DNA of 64,000 bases from Macrostomum lignano (taxonomy: Eukaryota): assembly GCA_002269645.1 (NCBI GenBank), contig NIVC01002286.1:1-64000 (forward strand), in the 5' to 3' direction. The position numbers were made by a program, and so were the translations under genes. Under the pieces are notes generated by a model. The model was not told where the DNA came from. It did not search any database and was given only the letters and a program-made list of their open reading frames with translations. Positions 62,428 through 64,000 of this stretch are shown here, piece after piece; position 1 is the stretch's first letter, and every line of letters begins with the position of its first letter.

Positions 62428-64000
62428 GTACTGAGTGCCATTACAAATTCCCGAGTGCCATGATAAACTACTGAGTGCCATTACAAACTCCCGAGTGCCA
62501 TGATAAACTACTGAGTGCCATTACAAACTCCCGAGTGCCATGATAAACTACTGAGTGCCATGATAAACTACTGAGTGCCATTATAAACTACTGAGTGCCA
62601 TTACAAACTACTGAGTGCCATTACAAACTACTGAGTGCCATGATAAACTACTGAGTGCCATTACAAACTACTGAGTGCCATTATAAACTACTGAGTGCCA
62701 TTAAAAACTCACGAGTGCCATGATAAACTACTGAGTGCCATGATAAACTACTGAGTGCCATTTTAAACTTCTGAGTGCCATTATAAACTACTGAGTGCCA
62801 TTTTAAACTACTGAGTGCCATTTTAAACTACTGAGTGCCATTTTAAACTACTGAGTGTCATTTTAAACTACTGAGTGTCATTTTAAACTACTGAGTGCCA
62901 TTTTAAACTACTGAGTGTCATTTTAAACTACTGAGTGCCACTTTAAACTACTGAGTGTCATTTTAACCTACTGAGTGCCATTTTAACCTACTGAGTGCCA
63001 TTTTAACCTACTGAGTGCCATTTTAACCTACTGAGTGCCATTTTAAACTTCTGAGTGCCATTATAAACTACTGAGTGCCATTTTAACCTACTGAGTGCCA
63101 GTTTACCCACTGAGTGCCAGTTTAAACTACTGAGTGTCATTTTAAACTACTGAGTGCCATTTTAAAATACTGAGTGCCATTTTAACCTACTGAGTGCCAG
63201 TTTACCCACTGAGTGCCAGTTTAAACTACTGAGTGTCATTTTAAACTACTGAGTGCCATTTTAACCTACTGAGTGCCAGTTTACTCACTGAGTGCCAGTT
63301 TAAACTACTGAGTGTCATTTTAAACTACTGAGTGCCATTTTAAAATACTGAGTGCCATTTTAACCTACTGAGTGCCAGTTTACCCACTGAGTGCCAGTTT
63401 AAACTACTGAGTGTCATTTTAAACTACTGAGTGCCATTTTAAACTACTGAGTGCCATTTTAAAATACTGAGTGCCATTTTAACCTACTGAGTGCCAGTTT
63501 ACCCACTAAGTGCCAGTTTAAACTACTGAGTGTCATTTTAAACTACTGAGTGCCATTTTAACCTACTGAGTGCCAGTTTACCCACTGAGTGCCAGTTTAA
63601 ACTACTGAGTGTCATTTTAAACTACTGAGTGCCATTTTAAACTACTGAGTGTCATTTTAAACTACTGAGTGCCATTTTAAAATACTGAGTGCCATTTTAA
63701 CCTACTGAGTGCCAGTTTACCCACTGAGTGCCAGTTTAAACCTACTGAGTGCCATTTTAACCTACTGAGTGCCAGTTTACCCACTGAGTGCCATTTTAAA
63801 CTACTGAGTGTCATTTTAAACTACTGAGTGTCATTTTAAACTACTGAGTGCCATTTTAAACTACTGAGTGTCATTTTAAACTACTGAGTGCCACTTTAAA
63901 CTACTGAGTGTCATTTTAACCTACTGAGTGCCATTTTAACCTACTGAGTGCCATTTTAACCTACTGAGTGCCATTTTAACCTACTGAGTGCCATTTTAAC
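62428..64000. repeat. 20-bp minisatellite (CTACTGAGTGCCATTTTAAA)n running off the window end
   Basis: Visible period. Confidence 0.97.

Overview
This is eukaryotic (metazoan) genomic DNA with GC/CpG-rich, Ala/Gly/Gln-rich exons and about 25 locus-specific minisatellite arrays, mostly in introns. That architecture suggests a Macrostomum-like flatworm (inference, not proven). Most long ORFs in the supplied track are artefacts of these arrays. Genes I can reconstruct by hand with phase-consistent GT-AG junctions, in order: a frameshifted TRAF-like RING/zinc-finger gene (-), GRB2/Drk (-), CNOT2 (-), an unannotated 175-aa HMGN-like basic/acidic protein (-), MYCBP (+), PIH1D1 (+), a TARBP2/PACT/Loquacious-like triple-dsRBD gene (+), an intronless orphan class A GPCR (-) and an ETS1/2-pointed factor without a visible PNT domain (-). 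Mobile DNA includes a complete 562-bp miniature LTR element (TRIM) with 133-bp LTRs, tRNA-Lys primer site, PPT and 5-bp TSD, a Merlin/IS1595 transposase remnant and a hAT-type MITE. Main leads: (1) the HMGN-like nucleosome-binding protein, from a family considered vertebrate-specific; (2) the intact animal TRIM; (3) long introns almost devoid of CpG and apparently TpA-rich next to CpG-rich exons; (4) a CCAAT core shared by 7 otherwise unrelated minisatellites.
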